A stretch of 32,000 nucleotides of DNA from Methanothermobacter thermautotrophicus str. Delta H. GTDB lineage: Archaea > Methanobacteriota > Methanobacteria > Methanobacteriales > Methanothermobacteraceae. The first letter of the stretch is position 1; each line of letters opens with the position of its first letter. A model generated the notes under the pieces. That model was not told the origin of the DNA, ran no database searches, and saw only the letters and a list, made by a program, of their open reading frames with translations. Below, in pieces: positions 28,549 through 32,000 of the stretch. Made by a program: the position numbers and the translations under genes. Location of the stretch: assembly GCF_000008645.1 (NCBI RefSeq), contig NC_000916.1, positions 1,470,001-1,502,000 of the forward strand, written 5' to 3'.

Positions 28549-30477
28549 TTATGAAGCACCCCACTTCCTGACATCATCGAGGCCGGCTTCATCAAGGAAT
28601 CCCCTTTTTCTGCAGAATTCAGTGAGCCGCCTGTAGGATGGGTGGGCTGAGAGTGTCCTGCTATCCCCTATTATTATGAGCTTGCGTCTGGCACGGGTGA
28701 GTGAAACGTTTAGACGCCTTAAATCCTTCAGAAACCCTATACTGCCATTCCGATTGCTTCTGACCATTGAGATTATTATAACATCCTTCTCACGTCCCTG
28801 GAATCCGTCAACACTGTTCACCTCAACATCTATCATGGATGAGATGAGGTCCACCTGGTCATCGTAGGGGGTTATTATACCGATCTCCTCAGGTTTAACA
28901 CCCATCCTCATGAGTGAACGGGAGATTATAACTGCAAGGTCCGCTTCAAGGGGGTTCTGTATTGAGGTTGAACCCTTTAGCCTGCGCTCACAGCCATCCA
29001 GTCCTGAAGTGTCAATGAAGAGGACGGGGTCGGGATCTGCGAGTTTCTGGCAGATATCGGAGTCAGGGACATCCTCGATGATATCCCTGATGGATATATC
29101 CTCAAGGGATGGATGGGCCCTTATCCTCCCATCATAGAATTCACGGTTGGGGAACTCCATTATGGCCGGGTGCATGCGGTACTGGCAGTTCAGCATCCTG
29201 GATCTGCCCGGGTGGCGTTTGATAAGTTCTTCAAAGAGTGTCCTCTCAAGTTCGGATGCATCTCTGCTGAGTATTGTGGGTGGGAGCTGCCTGTGATCCC
29301 CTGCCAGTATGAATCTTGGGGCCCTTGCAAGGGGTATGAGTATGCTTGGTATTGTGGCCTGGGATGCTTCATCGACGATGGCGACATCGAACCTTAAGCC
29401 ATCTATGTACTCGAGGGCTGCAGATGAGTTGGTTGAAAGGACAACCTGGCTCTCCCGGAGTATCCTGTCAGCGATTCTCATCTCTGCCTCCTGAAGCTTA
29501 CTGTGGAGGTCATCTATCCTCTGGTTTGTCTCTATCCAGCGGGCCATTGAGATCATGACGTTGGGTGAGATGCCCCTTGCACCCCTCCTCTTTGTGGCGT
29601 TGATGAGTATCTGGGTGTCACTGAGGCCCCTCCTGATCTGTGGGGTGGGTTTCTGGTGCCTCTCACGTTCCTCTATGAGTTCATCGATCTTCTCCTGGTA
29701 TTCCCGGACTTTACTGTATTCAGGGTGGTTTTCAATTTTATAGGCAAGGGTCTCCCTCAGGTTTTCCCTTGAAACCCTCTGGGGGTGTCCCAGGCGGACG
29801 CATTTAACATGACCTGCAATTCCCTCAAGGAGGTTATCAACTGCTGCGTTGCTCTCGGCGGTTACGAGGACCCGGCTGCCCCTCATGACCTCCTGCCTTA
29901 TTAGCTCATGGAGGGTGCGGGTTTTACCGGTTCCAAAGGGGCCGTGTATGAGAAAGAAATCCTCTGATCCAAGGGCCATCCTGATGGCATCCCTCTGTGA
30001 TTCGTTGAGTTCCGGGTCCACAGCCTGGAAATCAACCACATCAACCCCATCTGAAGGTTTTTCTGTACCACAGAGGAAACCCAGGACCCTGAGAACGTTT
30101 CTGGTTGGGGATTTGAGGTTGTCAATCATTCTCTGAAAGGTCACATCATTGGCATAGAGGTCTATCCTCACATTTTTGAGGGCCCATCCAGGAACATGTT
30201 CAAGGGCAACAACCAGGAATCTCTTACCCTTCATTGCAACGGTACCTGTCAGGTCGCTCCTGAGGGGGTTTCCCCTACTTATAAGGACGAGGTCACCCAC
30301 GGATATCTGGGTGTCTATGGGGTCACGTCTTCCGTACTTGACAAGGTGAAATCCCAGCTCCCTCCCGGTTATCTTACCGTTCAATCCATTCACAGCCCTT
30401 CGAGCCCTCTCGCGCTGTCGGGGGGAAAGCCTCCTTATCTCATTCATCATGGCGCTTATTTCGGCTTCCCTCTCCAT
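28549..30477 (-). CDS. Superfamily 1 UPF1/DNA2-like helicase
   Basis: [26 protein letters not shown] Walker [91 protein letters not shown]. Confidence 0.96.
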   Translation of the reverse strand: MEREAEISAMMNEIRRLSPRQRERARRAVNGLNGKITGRELGFHLVKYGRRDPIDTQISVGDLVLISRGNPLRSDLTGTVAMKGKRFLVVALEHVPGWALKNVRIDLYANDVTFQRMIDNLKSPTRNVLRVLGFLCGTEKPSDGVDVVDFQAVDPELNESQRDAIRMALGSEDFFLIHGPFGTGKTRTLHELIRQEVMRGSRVLVTAESNAAVDNLLEGIAGHVKCVRLGHPQRVSRENLRETLAYKIENHPEYSKVREYQEKIDELIEERERHQKPTPQIRRGLSDTQILINATKRRGARGISPNVMISMARWIETNQRIDDLHSKLQEAEMRIADRILRESQVVLSTNSSAALEYIDGLRFDVAIVDEASQATIPSILIPLARAPRFILAGDHRQLPPTILSRDASELERTLFEELIKRHPGRSRMLNCQYRMHPAIMEFPNREFYDGRIRAHPSLEDISIRDIIEDVPDSDICQKLADPDPVLFIDTSGLDGCERRLKGSTSIQNPLEADLAVIISRSLMRMGVKPEEIGIITPYDDQVDLISSMIDVEVNSVDGFQGREKDVIIISMVRSNRNGSIGFLKDLRRLNVSLTRARRKLIIIGDSRTLSAHPSYRRLTEFCRKRGFLDEAGLDDVRKWGAS

Positions 30478-30628
30478 TTCAACAAGTCTTATGAGCCTCT
30501 TTATATATGATTTCAGCCTGCTGATTCTCTCACCCTCTCCGGATCTTTATAGACTCTCAGAAGATCATATGCTGAAGGGGGTACCATGTCCATTCTGGAT
30601 TTCAGGGATTTTAGTCCAGGATCCTCTA

Positions 30629-31252
30629 TCAGAATGGCGGGTACTCCCCGAAGAATTCCCGGGCATATCTTCTCGCGGTTTCAACCTGCACAGGATACCT
30701 GCCTTCAAGACGAAGTTCAAGTTCTTCCCTGGTTTCCGAGGATGCAACCGTCCTGAGGAATTCCACATAGACATCAAGACTCCTGTCTGATCCACCATCC
30801 AGACATGGCATCTCAACTGTGAGACAGATATCATCACGTTTGAAGAGCTTCTTACGTATATGTGGAGACACCGATCCTATAAGTACACCCTCTTCAAGTT
30901 CTATGAGTGGAGGAACACCCTCAGATGACTTCCTTGACGGATCTGTGAGCTTATCATAGTTTTCCCTGCGGTAGCAGTGGGCCTCAAGGTAGGTTGATGG
31001 CCGGTACTTCTCTATGAGTCTGAGTATCTCCCTCCCCTGGGGGCTCCTGTAGTAGTCAGGGTTGAGGGTGCTGATGTAGGGAGTGGGGTTGCAGCTGTAT
31101 ATTATCAGCCTGCCATTCTCTATGTCATTGAAACCCAGTCTTCTGAGGGCCCTTATGGTGGTGAGACCCTCCCTTCCATGCACACCACCCACAAATAACC
31201 TTACAGGGCCATCCCCCTTATCTATCAACCTGAAAAACCCCAATATGGTCAC
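30629..31252 (-). CDS. DUF2119-like protein; start uncertain (GTG at 31252, TTG at 31243, or an upstream ATG at 31318/31339 overlapping ahcY)
   Basis: VTILGFFRLIDKGDGPVRLFVGGVHGREGLTTIRALRRLGFNDIENGRLIIYSCNPTPYISTLNPDYYRSPQG...YLEAHCYRRENYDKL. Confidence 0.8.
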   Translation of the reverse strand: MTILGFFRLIDKGDGPVRLFVGGVHGREGLTTIRALRRLGFNDIENGRLIIYSCNPTPYISTLNPDYYRSPQGREILRLIEKYRPSTYLEAHCYRRENYDKLTDPSRKSSEGVPPLIELEEGVLIGSVSPHIRKKLFKRDDICLTVEMPCLDGGSDRSLDVYVEFLRTVASSETREELELRLEGRYPVQVETARRYAREFFGEYPPF

Positions 31253-31262
31253 CTGTGGTAGA

Positions 31263-32000
31263 TCAGGTTCCTTCTTCCCAGTTTTCAAGGTAGAGTCTCT
31301 GTTTTTCTGTGAGTTCATCGATCTCAATGCCCATGGCATCGAGTTTCATCCGGGCAACCATCAGGTCTATCTCATCGGGTGCCCGGTAGACTCCAGGGTC
31401 TGGTTTCTCCTGGAGGAGGTGTCTTGCTGATAGTGCCTGCATTGCAAAGCTCATATCCATTATCTCTGCAGGATGACCCTGGCCACGCTCGGATGCAAGG
31501 TTCACAAGCCTGCCCTCAGCCAGAAGATATATTTTACGTCCATCAGGCATTATGAACACCTCGATGTCCTCCTTAACCTTTCCTGTCTCCCTTGAGAGCT
31601 CTTCAAGGGCCTCCCGGTTTATCTCAACGTTGAAGTGGCCGGAGTTCGCCATGACACAGCCATCCTTCATGTTCATGAATTCGGATTCAGAAACCACGTC
31701 TGTGTTCCCGGTGGCTGTTATGAGTATATCGGCCTCCTTAACAGCATCTGAAACCTTCATAACTCTGAAACCATCCATACGTGCTTCAAGAGCTCTTATG
31801 GGATCCACTTCGGTCACTATTACACTGGCTCCAAGTCCCTCAGCCCTCATGGCTATACCGCGACCGCACCACCCGTAGCCGCAGACCACGACGGTCTTCC
31901 CGGCTATCAGCATGTTGGTGGTCCCCATTATGGAGTCAAAGGTTGACTGTCCGGTACCGTAGCGGTTGTCAAAGAGGTACTTGGTGTAGGCGTCGTTCAC
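31263..32000 (-). CDS. ahcY: Adenosylhomocysteinase family (S-adenosyl/S-inosylhomocysteine hydrolase), C-terminal part; continues past the right edge
   Basis: [78 protein letters not shown]...[10 protein letters not shown]...[10 protein letters not shown]. Confidence 0.97.
   Translation of the reverse strand: MNDAYTKYLFDNRYGTGQSTFDSIMGTTNMLIAGKTVVVCGYGWCGRGIAMRAEGLGASVIVTEVDPIRALEARMDGFRVMKVSDAVKEADILITATGNTDVVSESEFMNMKDGCVMANSGHFNVEINREALEELSRETGKVKEDIEVFIMPDGRKIYLLAEGRLVNLASERGQGHPAEIMDMSFAMQALSARHLLQEKPDPGVYRAPDEIDLMVARMKLDAMGIEIDELTEKQRLYLENWEEGT

Overview
The window is a chromosomal segment of a thermophilic methanogen. Gene content and the CRISPR repeat point to Methanothermobacter thermautotrophicus, probably a Delta H-like strain (recalled synteny, not a database search). 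Left to right it holds: (1) the 3' part of an AMP-forming acetyl-CoA synthetase gene broken by a 1-nt frameshift; (2) an AT-rich leader; (3) a long CRISPR array at 2442-5513, counted by hand as 47 repeats of GTTAAAATCAGACCAAAATGGGATTGAAAT and 46 spacers, with no cas genes in the window; (4) a dCTP deaminase/dUTPase-like gene whose stop codon directly abuts the last repeat; (5) a minus-strand translation/RNA-processing cluster (ftsY, prefoldin alpha, LX, aIF6, L31e, L39e, PP-loop ATPase, PDCD5-like, S19e, CRM domain, Rpp21, Fap7-like kinase, Thi4, Drg GTPase); (6) aglB/STT3, topA, a HAD-phosphatase/coiled-coil fusion and tbp; (7) a plus-strand group with a CYTH protein, homocitrate-synthase-like, homoaconitase-like, chorismate-lyase-like and fen1; (8) a UPF1-like helicase, a DUF2119-like gene and the 3' part of ahcY. 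No convincing new multi-gene system was found. The most interesting signals are inside the CRISPR array. A spacer block A-B-C-D-E is repeated as A-B-X-Y-C-D-E. Two adjacent spacers encode the same peptide core (EMKKIATEM) with synonymous codon differences, so they look like samples of divergent homologous targets. Other points are a run of pyrimidine-rich spacers and several spacers with perfect internal hairpins.
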